This document shows, one piece after another, positions 9,769 through 18,981 of a DNA stretch of 38,844 nt; position 1 is the first letter of the stretch; each line of letters starts with the position of its first letter. The translations under genes were made by a program, and so were the position numbers. Below the pieces are notes generated by a model. That model saw only the letters and a list, made by a program, of their open reading frames with translations, was not told the DNA's origin and did not search any database. The stretch comes from Proteobacteria bacterium UBA664. GTDB taxonomy: Bacteria > Pseudomonadota > Gammaproteobacteria > UBA7966. The stretch lies in contig DBNU01000012.1 in the NCBI GenBank assembly GCA_002299125.1, positions 1-38,844 of the forward strand, given 5' to 3'.

Positions 9769-10607
9769 GCCGTGACGCCCAATTCCCGCTTCGCCGCCGC
9801 CACTTCATCAGGCTTCGGGATCCGGTAGTGCCAGTTGTTGTCGTCCTCCATGAACGACACGCCCTTGCCCTTCACCGTGTGCGCGACGATCGCCACCGGC
9901 AGGCCACTGCCGTCCGGAACGCGCGACAGCAGGCTCACCAACGCGCCGAGATCGTGGCCATCCGCCTCGACCACACTCCAGCCGAACGCGCGCCACTTGT
10001 CTGCGAGCGGGTCGAGCGCGAGCACTTCGCGGCTGCGTCCGGTGGCCTGCCATTTGTTGAAGTCGACGATGGCGCACAGCCGCTGGACACGCTGTGCCGC
10101 CGCCATCATCGCGCATTCCCAGATCGTGCCCTCATTGCATTCGCCGTCGCTCAACAGTGCGATCACGTTGTATGCGCGACCCTGGATACGGCCGGCGAGC
10201 GCCATTCCGAGGCCCATGGGCAACCCGTGTCCGAGCGAGCCAGTGGCCGCCTCGATTCCGGCGAGGCGATCAGGGGTCGGCGGGTGCTCGGCGAACAGCC
10301 CGCCGTCCTCACCGTAGGTCTCGAGCAACTGCACAGGGTAGAAGCCGCGCGTGGCGAGCACCTGAAACAGCGCTGCGGCCCCGTGCCCCTTGCTGAGGAT
10401 GAATCGGTCGCGATCCGGGTTGCGCGGATCGATCGTGTCGAGCCGCAGGGTGTGGAAGTAGGCGGCGACCAGGATATCGACACACGACAGACAAGAGCCC
10501 AGATGCGGCGTGTCCGTCGCCGACGAGGTCTCGATGATACGGGCGCGTAGTTCGCGCGCGAGGCGTTCGAGGTCGGGAACCGCAAGCCGCATTGCTTCGA
10601 GCGCCAT
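9765..10607 (-). CDS. transketolase, N-terminal TPP-binding subunit
   Basis: HLGSCLS, DRFILSKGH, TGSLGHGL, SDGECNEG, HTVKGKG; 4-bp overlap with the C-terminal subunit. Confidence 0.92.
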   Translation of the reverse strand: MALEAMRLAVPDLERLARELRARIIETSSATDTPHLGSCLSCVDILVAAYFHTLRLDTIDPRNPDRDRFILSKGHGAAALFQVLATRGFYPVQLLETYGEDGGLFAEHPPTPDRLAGIEAATGSLGHGLPMGLGMALAGRIQGRAYNVIALLSDGECNEGTIWECAMMAAAQRVQRLCAIVDFNKWQATGRSREVLALDPLADKWRAFGWSVVEADGHDLGALVSLLSRVPDGSGLPVAIVAHTVKGKGVSFMEDDNNWHYRIPKPDEVAAAKRELGVTA

Positions 10608-10608
10608 G

Positions 10609-11601
10609 TCAGGGTTTGTGAACGTAATCGAACGGCTGTGTCTTCAGCGCGTCGAAGTTCTCGCGCACCCAGGCGATACATTCGTCGAGTCCGCGATCAA
10701 GGCCGACCGCGTCCGTCCAACCCAGCGCACGCCGCAGCTTGTCGCTGTCGAGCATGTACGCAGCGTCCTTGCCGAGCCGCTCACCGACGAATTCCACACA
10801 GTCCTCGAAGCGCTTGTCGAGCTTCGTGCAGATTCGCTCGACCAGCTCGCGGATGGTAACGACCTCGCCAGTCGAGACGTGGTATGTCTCACCCGATGCG
10901 CCATCCGTCGCGACACGCCAGGTGGCGTCCGAGACATCCCGCATGTGGATGAAGGAGCGCCGCGAAACCCCGCCGCCGTGAAGCTGTAGCCTGCGCCCGA
11001 TGAGCAGGAAGAGGATCGTACGCGGCACGATGCGATAGAGCTGCTGGCCGGGGCCATAGACGTTGGCGGCGCGGGTGAAGACGACCGGAAATCCATGGGT
11101 CTGGTGGTACGCGCGCAGCAGCATGTCGCCCGCGGCGCGCGACACGGCGTAGGGAGTGCTGGGATTGAACGGCGCATCCTCGCGGATGAAGCCCTCTGTG
11201 CTGCCGTACACCTCGGGCGTAGTGACGTGGACATAGCGGTCGATGAAGTCGCATCCACGCAGCAGATCGAACAGCTTCACCGCCGAGACGACGTTGGTGG
11301 TCATCCAGTGCTCGGGATGCTTCCAGCTCTCGCCGACCATACTCTGCGCAGCAAAATTGAATACGCGCTCCGGTCGCTCGGTACGCAGTAAGGTCTGCAA
11401 CGCGTCGAAATCGTGGTTGAGGTCTACCCGCTGGAAGCGGAAAGCACCGTCGCGGTCACCCCAGCGATAGGGCAGAAACGCGCGATGCGGCTCGATGGAG
11501 CGGCTGATGCCGACCACTTCGTGGCCCCGATCAAGTAGCCACGACACGAAGCTCGCGCCGGAGAAGGAGTTACTGCCGATGACAAGCAGCTTGGTGGCCA
11601 C
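10609..11601 (-). CDS. NDP-sugar 4,6-dehydratase / NAD-dependent epimerase-dehydratase
   Basis: GSNSFSG, FAAQSMV, TPEVYG, PYAVSRAA, NVYGPGQ; GTG at 11601 with GAAGG upstream. Confidence 0.88.
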   Translation of the reverse strand: MATKLLVIGSNSFSGASFVSWLLDRGHEVVGISRSIEPHRAFLPYRWGDRDGAFRFQRVDLNHDFDALQTLLRTERPERVFNFAAQSMVGESWKHPEHWMTTNVVSAVKLFDLLRGCDFIDRYVHVTTPEVYGSTEGFIREDAPFNPSTPYAVSRAAGDMLLRAYHQTHGFPVVFTRAANVYGPGQQLYRIVPRTILFLLIGRRLQLHGGGVSRRSFIHMRDVSDATWRVATDGASGETYHVSTGEVVTIRELVERICTKLDKRFEDCVEFVGERLGKDAAYMLDSDKLRRALGWTDAVGLDRGLDECIAWVRENFDALKTQPFDYVHKP

Positions 11602-11603
11602 GG

Positions 11604-12197
11604 TTAGACCTTCTGCGGCCGGTGATCGTACAACCACTGCATCAGCATGTGGCCAACGACGAGTTGCAAGTCCTCGCTGATCTGCATGTCGTCCACCGGA
11701 AAGTGGATCGCCACGTCAGCCAGCGCCTTCGCCCTGCCGCCCGAGTAGCCGAGCACCGCGTAGGTGCGCAGCCCGATGGCACGCGCCTTCTCGAGTGCCT
11801 TCAGGATGTTCGGAGAGTTGCCGCTGCCGGAGAACACGAGCAGGATGTCGCCGGAGCACGCGAGGACGGCAAGCTGTGTAGCGAAGATCGTGTCGTAGCC
11901 CTCGTCGTTGGCGAGGCAGGTGATGACCGCACTGTTGGCCGGCAGGGCCGTGACACGGAGCCCGGAGCCAGCGACCTTCGAGATACCGTAGAGGAAGTCG
12001 TTGGCAAGGTGCATGGCGTTGCCGGCGCTGCCCCCGTTGCCGCAGATGAATAACTGACGACCGTCCCGCCAACAGCCGAGCAGGTCCTCGGCGAGCTGCG
12101 TCACCGGCGACCAGTCGGAACCCGCAAGTACGGCCTGCAGGCGTCCCGCGTAGTCGGCGAACGCCGCTGCGGCGTCCCGCCGTTCGGGCGCGTTCAC
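11604..12197 (-). CDS. gmhA: SIS-domain phosphoheptose isomerase-like protein
   Basis: CGNGGSAGNA, ITCLAND, SGSGNSPN, QISED; GTGA overlap with the upstream gene. Confidence 0.8.
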   Translation of the reverse strand: MNAPERRDAAAAFADYAGRLQAVLAGSDWSPVTQLAEDLLGCWRDGRQLFICGNGGSAGNAMHLANDFLYGISKVAGSGLRVTALPANSAVITCLANDEGYDTIFATQLAVLACSGDILLVFSGSGNSPNILKALEKARAIGLRTYAVLGYSGGRAKALADVAIHFPVDDMQISEDLQLVVGHMLMQWLYDHRPQKV

Positions 12198-13132
12198 TTG
12201 AGCACCTCCGCCTGCATCCACTTGAGGTTATAGCAGCGGTCCTCATCCTGCAGCTCGCCGGCGCGGTAACGGTGCGCGACCTCCCTGATCGCGTCCTGCA
12301 CCGTCTTCTTCGGCCGGAAACCGGTGGCGAGCAGTTTGTCGGAGTTGACGCGGTAGGAGCGTGGGTCGTTGGAGGGCCGGACCGAGATCTTTGCCGGTGC
12401 CAGCTCAGTAACCATCTCTGCAATCTGCCCGATCGACAGGTTTTCAAAGCCGGCGTTGTAGATGCCGGTGATCTGCGGGTTCGCGAGCAGGTAGAGGTAC
12501 AGGTCGGTTATGTCGTCGATATGGATGTTTGGCCGCGTCTGGTTGCCGCCAAGCACTGTGATCTCCTCGCGCGTCAGCGCCTGCATGGTGAGCAGGTTGA
12601 CCGACAGGTCGAGGCGCATGCGCGGCGAGTACCCGCACACCGTGGCCGGACGCACGATCTGCACCACCATGTCGTCGGCGTAGCTGAGCAGCACGCGCTC
12701 GCCCACCATCTTGGTCTTGTTGTATTCGGAGATAGGCTTGAGCTCGAGATCCTCGGTGACTTGGGGGTCGTCCTTGACGCCGTAGACGCTGCCCGAGGAG
12801 GCGTACACAAAGTGCCTCACACCGCAGCGCACCGCCTTGTCGGCAAGCTGCATGGTGGCCAGGCAACTCACCTCCCAGGTCAGCTTCGGGTCGAGGTCGC
12901 CGCATGGGTCGTTCGCGACCGACGAGAGATGAACGATACCGCTTACACCGCGAAGGTTGATCGAGTCGATGTCGCGCACGTCGCCTTGCAAGACGCAAAG
13001 CCCAGGATGCGGCTGCAAGAAGTTGCCAAACCACATGATGTCGAAGGCGATGACTTCGTACCCCGCAGCGAGGAGCTTGGGGATGAGGGCGCTGCCCTTG
13101 TAGCCGCAGGCACCAGTGACAAGGAGCTTCAT
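12194..13132 (-). CDS. NAD-dependent epimerase/dehydratase (extended SDR)
   Basis: VTGACGYKG, YASSGSVYG, YNKTK, RPATVCGYSPRMRLD. Confidence 0.9.
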   Translation of the reverse strand: MKLLVTGACGYKGSALIPKLLAAGYEVIAFDIMWFGNFLQPHPGLCVLQGDVRDIDSINLRGVSGIVHLSSVANDPCGDLDPKLTWEVSCLATMQLADKAVRCGVRHFVYASSGSVYGVKDDPQVTEDLELKPISEYNKTKMVGERVLLSYADDMVVQIVRPATVCGYSPRMRLDLSVNLLTMQALTREEITVLGGNQTRPNIHIDDITDLYLYLLANPQITGIYNAGFENLSIGQIAEMVTELAPAKISVRPSNDPRSYRVNSDKLLATGFRPKKTVQDAIREVAHRYRAGELQDEDRCYNLKWMQAEVLK

Positions 13133-13239
13133 TCCGTGCTTACCCCGCTGTTACAGACATGCCAATAGATGTAATGGGTCTGCGTTTGACAGCGTTGATC
13201 GGTGCATGGGCGGACGTAGACCTCATCAATGTTGAAATT

Positions 13240-13257
13240 CATGCTACAGGTAGCATG
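13240..13257. promoter_or_regulatory. perfect inverted repeat CATGCTAC-AG-GTAGCATG, candidate operator
   Basis: 8-bp arms with a 2-bp spacer, about 110 bp upstream of the epimerase start in an AT-richer gap. Confidence 0.35.
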
Positions 13258-13449
13258 CGCCGGTGACAACCGGAAGTGTTTTCCAGGCGCTCTGGTTGGG
13301 TTCTTGCGGGTGATGTTCAAGGCCATGCAGCGTAGCGCCCCCCAGGTTCTTCGCCGACTATCACGGGTGGTGCCATTCGCGGAATCCCTCGCTGGTCGGC
13401 ATCCATTCTTGCAAGCCCCCTGGGACGCAAGCGACGGAGAATGTCCGAA

Positions 13450-14202
13450 TCAAACACCCTCGCCGATGCTCAGTCCAAGGTTTTCCTCAGGTAACGATGT
13501 GACCTCCTCTACGACACCATGCTCCAACCGGAACACCCGCTGGCAAAACTCATTGATCAGTGTCGGCGCATGCGAGGCGAAGACAAATATCCGCGCCGCA
13601 CCGATCAGAGCGAGCATGCGCGCCTTGGCCTTTTCCTGAAAGGCGGCATCGCCGGTGCCGAACATTTCGTCCACCAGCAGGATCTCGGGTTTGATCGAGG
13701 TGGCCACAGCGAACATCAATCGCATGACCATGCCCGACGAATAGGTGCGGACCGGCAGTTGCAGAAAATCGCCCAGATCGGTGAAGCTTTCAATCTCGGG
13801 GGTGGCAGCGCGTACTTCGGCGGACGTCATGCCCATCATCAGGCCCATGCGCACGATGTTCTCGTAGCCGGTGAGTTCCGTGTCCATGCCGGCACCGATC
13901 TCGAGCACCGTGGCCAGACGGCCTTCCCGCAGCACGCGCCCGCTCGTCGGCGCGTAAATGCCGGCCATGGTCCGCAGCAGGGTCGACTTGCCCGCACCAT
14001 TGTGCCCGACCAAGCCTACGGTATCGCCGTCCTTCAGTGTGAAGCTCACGTCCTTGAGCGCGGTAACCAGGCTGACCTGCCCTGCCTCGGCCTCGATACG
14101 CCCGCCGGTACTCAAGCGCACCAAGCGATTGCGCAGCGATACGCTGCGGCTGTTGTAAATGGGGTATTGGACGGTAACGTTCTCAAACACGAGCTTCGCC
14201 AT
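13450..14202 (-). CDS. wzt: polysaccharide ABC transporter ATP-binding protein
   Basis: GHNGAGKST, PVRTYSSGM signature, LLVDE; no C-terminal carbohydrate-binding extension. Confidence 0.92.
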   Translation of the reverse strand: MAKLVFENVTVQYPIYNSRSVSLRNRLVRLSTGGRIEAEAGQVSLVTALKDVSFTLKDGDTVGLVGHNGAGKSTLLRTMAGIYAPTSGRVLREGRLATVLEIGAGMDTELTGYENIVRMGLMMGMTSAEVRAATPEIESFTDLGDFLQLPVRTYSSGMVMRLMFAVATSIKPEILLVDEMFGTGDAAFQEKAKARMLALIGAARIFVFASHAPTLINEFCQRVFRLEHGVVEEVTSLPEENLGLSIGEGV

Positions 14203-14205
14203 TGC

Positions 14206-14985
14206 TCAAACCCAAAACGCAATGCGGTTGCGCCGGCTGTTGAACAGGGCCAGCGTCAGCGCCCAGCCGACCAGCAGCATGCCACCTACCGTGTAGTACA
14301 CGAAGAGGGGTGGGGAGACGCCCAGCAGAGGAGAACGGATCACGTCGATCAGGTGCGAGAGAGGGTTCATCCAGATGATCGTGGAACCAAAGGGTAGATA
14401 ATCGGGGCGAAAGAGCACTGGGCTGATGACGAACAGCAATGGCATCACGGCGCCCAAGGCGTACTCCACATCGCGAAAACGCGCACCCAGCATGCCTAAC
14501 ATCAGGGCCATCCAGAGCAAATTCAGCACCGTCAGCACCAGGCCGGGAATCACCAGTAGTGTGCTCCAGGAGGCGGGAACGGCCAGTACAATAGCCACCA
14601 CCACGAAGACGAGCAGATTGTGAGCGAGGTTCACAAGATTACGCAGCACCAGTTGCATGGGGTGGAGAAAATACGGTAACTGCAGGTTGCGGATGACATT
14701 GGCCTGGCGCGTAAATACCGCCGTGCCTTCGGTGATGCAGGCGGCGAGCATCTGCCAGACGATAAGACCTGCGGTCAGGGAGGGTATGAAGGTGGCGCGG
14801 TCAACCTTGAGCAGCTCACTCCACAGCAGGCCCATTCCAACCACCCCTACGGCGGTGCCCAGTGCAAGCCAGAACGGACCCAGCACGCTGCGCCGGTAGC
14901 GGGCGCGCGTGTCGCTTAGGGCAAAGTGAAATGCCAAGCGGCTTTGGCGCAGGCTGGCGATGATGTCGGAGTAGCCGGGGGGCAT
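14206..14985 (-). CDS. wzm: polysaccharide ABC transporter permease
   Basis: RARYRRSVLGPFW, ARFRDV, NPLSHLIDVIR; hydrophobic; adjacent to wzt. Confidence 0.92.
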   Translation of the reverse strand: MPPGYSDIIASLRQSRLAFHFALSDTRARYRRSVLGPFWLALGTAVGVVGMGLLWSELLKVDRATFIPSLTAGLIVWQMLAACITEGTAVFTRQANVIRNLQLPYFLHPMQLVLRNLVNLAHNLLVFVVVAIVLAVPASWSTLLVIPGLVLTVLNLLWMALMLGMLGARFRDVEYALGAVMPLLFVISPVLFRPDYLPFGSTIIWMNPLSHLIDVIRSPLLGVSPPLFVYYTVGGMLLVGWALTLALFNSRRNRIAFWV

Positions 14986-15358
14986 TGTGATGGTCGGAAT
15001 TTGCCAAGCAAGAATCGTCGGCGGACACAATCCACCGCAAGGGTACCTATTGGGATTCAGGTAGCGAGACATTCCACAAGCCAGCACTTTCGCGGAGCTT
15101 GTCCCTGCGACAGTTACGCAGGGAACTCTCCGGTCAGGTGCGGGACGGCGGCCTCTCGGGGGTACACTCTACATCGGCTTGCGGGCCGTCGTCACAGTCT
15201 ACTCCCGACAAGCGTGATGAGGCGCGGGTGTTCGTTGGCGTGCGGATCGGTACGCATCCTGGCTTTTCCCACAAGGCAGGACCGTCGGTCGCCTCGCCGG
15301 CAGGAAGCCAGAGTGCGCTCCGCGTGCCCCGAAAGCACGCGGTGGACTGCGGCTCGGC

Positions 15359-16609
15359 TCAAGCCCGCCCGAGCTGCTCGCCGTGACCCGCTGCGGTCTG
15401 CGCCGCGCCGGCGAGGTTCCGCCCGATGGCGTCGGCCATGAACGCGCTGAATGGCAGGGCACAGGTGAACGCCGGCGATACCGCGTTCAGCACGTGGAAG
15501 GAACGTTCGTCGCCCTCAAACTTGAAGTCCATCTCGAGACGACGCTCCCGCATGTCGACAAGCTGGGCACGGATCCCGGGGCGTCCCCAACGGGTGTAGT
15601 CGGCAAGCCGCACGCCCTCGATGAGCGTCGCGGCAGAGCCCACCATGCGCCGGCGGAAATACTTCTGCATCTCATGCAGCGCGAGCCGGGCGAAGCCGAA
15701 GCGGTTGGACAGAAGCAACGACGACTCGAGACCGACGACCTCCAGCAACTCGCGCAGCGAGAACCCGGCGAAGCCGCCGTAATGTTCGCGCCAGAAGGCG
15801 GGGATAGCGGTCGGACCGATCTTGATGTGGCCATCCACCGTGAGGGTGTAGTGCACCCCGAGAAAAGGGTGGCGAAGATCCGGTACCGGGTACACATGGG
15901 TGCGCAGCGCCCCGACCGGCTCGGCGCTGTAGAGATAGAGGCCCTTGAAGGGCAGGATGCGGTAACGTTGCGAAAAACCGAAGTCCCGCGCGATGCGGTC
16001 GGCGTAGAGACCGGCGGCATTCACCACATAACCGGCCAGCACCGGGCCGGCCGAGGTGCGGACCGCCGCCTGATCGCGCCCGAGGTAGGCCACGCCGCGC
16101 CGGATGCGCACGCCGGCGGCCGCGGCGTCGGCGGCCAGCGCGGCCAGCACTTCACCGGGATTGACCGAGGCGGTGCGCGGCGACCACAGCGCGCGCTCGA
16201 CGGTCTTGACGCGCGGCTCGATCATGTGGGCTTCAGCGCGGCTCAGCATCTCGAGCTCGACGCCGTTCGCTTGGCCACGCCGGTGGAGTTCGTCGAGCCC
16301 GGCGAGCTCGCGCTCGTCGCGCGCGACCACCAGCTTGCCGCAACGGTTGATGGCGAGCCCACGCTCCAGACAGTATTCGGTGAGTCGCAGGCAACCGTCA
16401 CGAGTGAAGCGCGCCTTGAGCGAGTCGGCCGTGTAATAGAATCCGGCGTGCAGCACCCCGCTGTTGCGGCCGCTCGCGTGCGCCCCGAGTTCCGGCTCCT
16501 TGTCGACGAGGAGCACCGAGGCATCCGGGTGGCGGCGCTTGAGCTCGAGCGCAAGCGTGACGCCGATGATGCCGCCTCCGATGATGAGAAAATCTGCGGT
16601 CTCTTTCAT
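15359..16609 (-). CDS. lhgO: L-2-hydroxyglutarate oxidase-like FAD oxidoreductase
   Basis: IIGGGIIG, SGRNSGVLHAG, YPVPD..PFLGVH, GIRAQ, HVLNAVSPAFT. Confidence 0.88.
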   Translation of the reverse strand: MKETADFLIIGGGIIGVTLALELKRRHPDASVLLVDKEPELGAHASGRNSGVLHAGFYYTADSLKARFTRDGCLRLTEYCLERGLAINRCGKLVVARDERELAGLDELHRRGQANGVELEMLSRAEAHMIEPRVKTVERALWSPRTASVNPGEVLAALAADAAAAGVRIRRGVAYLGRDQAAVRTSAGPVLAGYVVNAAGLYADRIARDFGFSQRYRILPFKGLYLYSAEPVGALRTHVYPVPDLRHPFLGVHYTLTVDGHIKIGPTAIPAFWREHYGGFAGFSLRELLEVVGLESSLLLSNRFGFARLALHEMQKYFRRRMVGSAATLIEGVRLADYTRWGRPGIRAQLVDMRERRLEMDFKFEGDERSFHVLNAVSPAFTCALPFSAFMADAIGRNLAGAAQTAAGHGEQLGRA

Positions 16610-16650
16610 CCTAATCCAGCAGTTGGAAGGAGCCTGTATTGGCCGCCCGT

Positions 16651-16727
16651 CCTTATCCTCGAGCCTTCTCCCTGGAGGGAGAAAGAGGTAACGCCCTCCC
16701 GTTGGCGAGAGCGCAGCGAAGAGGAGG
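16651..16727. repeat. degenerate BoxC-like pyrimidine/purine palindromic repeat
   Basis: ccttatcctcgagccttctccctggagggagaaagagg...ccctcccgttggcgagag resembles the CCCTCACCCC..CCCTCTCCC..GGGAGAGGG repeat type. Confidence 0.3.
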
Positions 16728-16769
16728 ACGCCGCTCCCGCTCGCACGCCTTCAACGGCCGACCCCACGT

Positions 16770-17410
16770 GCCCATCTGCGCCACCACCCACAGCTCACCA
16801 GCGGCGTGCTTCAGCCCGCGCTGCACACAGCCCGCATACCATACACCGCCCGATCATCCTCCCGCAGCAGACTGAGCAGGATCCCCACATCCGCGACGTT
16901 CGCCGCCGTCACCGCCGCCGTGTGGACCAGACCGCTGTTCGCATCCGCACCCACATGCAGCTTCATCCCGAAATATCACTACTGACCCATCTTCATCTGG
17001 TGCATTGCCGGATCGCGCCGACCCGGCCGGCCCTTCGTCGAGGGCGGTGCCGCAATCAGCGTCGCATCCACCATCGTGCCCCCGGGCAGCAACAGGGCCC
17101 GTACACTCAGTACATCGTTGCTGATCTGCAGCAGTCATCCAGCCAGATCGTGCCGCTCCAGCAGCGGGCGAAACTTCAGGCCCGTCGTCTCGTCCGGGAT
17201 GGCGTCGTCGTGCAGTTCCGGCCCAGCGAAGCAGCACATACGACCCCACCTCGTATGGCGCATCTTACGTCGCCGGATCCGACAGCGCATACCACTTTTG
17301 CACGGCGCAGATCGCGGCATGGTCGCGACGGGCATGGGTTGGCAACCCGCGCTACCCGCCGTCGGGTAGCGCGGCTCGATGACCACCAGCATTCCACCTG
17401 GATCACAGCC
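16770..17410 (-). mobile_element. IS5-family transposase remnant
   Basis: Fragments IEPRYPTAG, IPDETT..FR.LLE, GTMVDATLIAAPPSTK, RDPAMHQ, YFGMKLHVGAD..SGLVH...TAANVAD, with stops and frameshifts. Confidence 0.85.
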
Positions 17411-17462
17411 ACACTGGGTCGAAACCATGAGTTCGTTATCAGTCATCCGGGACCTTACACCC

Positions 17463-17912
17463 ATGAACACCAACGCCTCCGAGGGCGTGGCGAAGCCACG
17501 CGTTCTGTTCGTCTGTATGGGCAACAGTTGCCGCAGTGTGCTGGCGGAGTACATTGCAAGAGAGAAGTTCGGGAAGTATATCGAACCATCGTCTGCGGGC
17601 CTTCGCCCTGGAACGGCTTCTGACGCTGATAATGCAATCTTCATGCTGAAAACCGAGATGGGCATAATCGTTAGCGCCCACGTGCCCCGCAAAGTGCGTG
17701 CCGCGAATATTGAGATGTCAGATTTGGTCGTTGCAATGGACAAGCAAGTTGCCGCAGAGGTAGTGCAGCTATTCCCCGAGTTGCCGCCAGAGCGTCTGAT
17801 TCGCTGGAAAATCCACGATCCCTACGGACACGACCTGGCGGAGTACCAATGCTGCCTCAAGAACATCTACAAGCAGCTACGAGGGCTTCCACTCTTGGCT
17901 GGCAAGTCGTGA
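17463..17912 (+). CDS. low-molecular-weight protein tyrosine phosphatase family protein
   Basis: VLFVCMGNSCRS P-loop, SAG, DLVVAMD, IHDPYG. Confidence 0.85.
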   Translation: MNTNASEGVAKPRVLFVCMGNSCRSVLAEYIAREKFGKYIEPSSAGLRPGTASDADNAIFMLKTEMGIIVSAHVPRKVRAANIEMSDLVVAMDKQVAAEVVQLFPELPPERLIRWKIHDPYGHDLAEYQCCLKNIYKQLRGLPLLAGKS

Positions 17913-17989
17913 GCCAAGCAGCGACGCCTAAATTTCTGGTCTTCGAGAGATCGTGGCACACCCAGACCATGACGGTCGGGTGATGCGTA

Positions 17990-18219
17990 CAGCCGGCCTC
18001 GGTGACCGCACCAAAGCAGGCCAATCCATCAGATCACACTGCATTTGGCGCGGCCAGAAGGCCCTTCGCCCAGACGGCTCCCCGAAGAGCGAGCCAACAT
18101 CAACCGGGACGAAGCGGGGGCGCTAATAGAGCGCTGGCGACGTACCTGCTGTCGCTGACTTCGCAGGCGCTGACCGTGGCAACGAAAGCAGGCGAACTGA
18201 CCGAGGTGGTTTGCAATGC
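17990..18219 (+). pseudogene. degenerate RelE/HigB-2-like toxin
   Basis: Frame-broken PKSE-ANINRDE..AL-RALATYLLSLT...AGELTEV directly before an HTH antitoxin; 5' boundary approximate. Confidence 0.6.
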
Positions 18220-18530
18220 GCAAGACCACGTCCCCCGTCCTGACGGCCGTGCATGAGACGGCCAAGGGGCTGCACATGGCGGGTGTGATGGATCAGTTCA
18301 CGCTGCGCGAGTTCGACCATCTGTGTCTGCTAGCGGTCGAGCTGCTTGATCCCCTCCAGATCAGGCAGATCCGCGAGTCCTCGCGCGTGAGCCAGGCGGT
18401 CTTCGCCCGCCTGCTGAGCACCCGCGTGTCCACGGAACAGAAGCGGGAGATCGGTCAGAAGCGACCGACCGACACGGCCCTCAAGCTCCTGCATCTCGTT
18501 CAGAGGCGCGGCCTGGAAGTCGTGGCCTGA
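18216..18530 (+). CDS. XRE/HTH antitoxin (HigA-2-like)
   Basis: AVHETAKGLH...TLREFD.LC...IRQIRESSRVSQAVFARLL...EIGQKRP...ALKLL. Confidence 0.82.
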   Translation: MRKTTSPVLTAVHETAKGLHMAGVMDQFTLREFDHLCLLAVELLDPLQIRQIRESSRVSQAVFARLLSTRVSTEQKREIGQKRPTDTALKLLHLVQRRGLEVVA

Positions 18531-18554
18531 CACCACGACCTGCGCTGCCCATTC

Positions 18555-18712
18555 ATGGGGCGTGAAGTCACCGTCAGATCGTCGGGCTGACGGCGGCGGG
18601 GCCGGCGCACGCTCGAGGTCTGACACCCTCGCCCAAGCCCTCGCCATCGGCTAGACCGGCCAACCGCGCGGTCTCGCCGGCCATGCGGCGGGTGTTCACC
18701 ACCGGCAACGCC
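18555..18712 (+). repeat. degraded direct copy of 19682-19830 (lhgO 5' stub / HEPN 3' junction)
   Basis: ggcggcgg..ccggcgcacgctc.aggtctg and caaccgcgcgg.ctcgccggccatgcggcggg.gttcac.acc occur at both places. Confidence 0.75.
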
Positions 18713-18981
18713 AGCAGCGCAGATCAGCCACACCCGGGCCAGATGCATCGTTGCCGGGGCGCTCGCCCGCATCCCCACGCTGCGCGTAGCCGTCATGCAA
18801 GGTCGGCAGCCCTGCTGCAAGCTGAAGCTGCGCTTTGCCGTCGCGGACCTGGCCGTGCGGGTGCAGGCGAGCCGAGCGCCGGGTGGTAGCTGCGCCTGAT
18901 CGAACCGGGGGTGATCGAGGCCAGCCATCGGTTAGACATAGACTACCCTTCGCAAGGCCTGCGCAAGGAGCCCGAAAGGCC

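Noticed and set aside
13129-13326. 65-aa ORF upstream of the epimerase
   Set aside because: Atypical composition, no motifs; overlaps the likely promoter region.
14986-15358. JUMPStart/ops element upstream of wzm
   Set aside because: No GGCGGTAG match on the coding strand.
15383-17623. 746-aa plus-strand ORF, and other long antisense ORFs (6504-8207, 33436-35412, 2264-3538)
   Set aside because: Shadow frames of well-supported minus-strand genes in high-GC DNA; no recognisable motifs.
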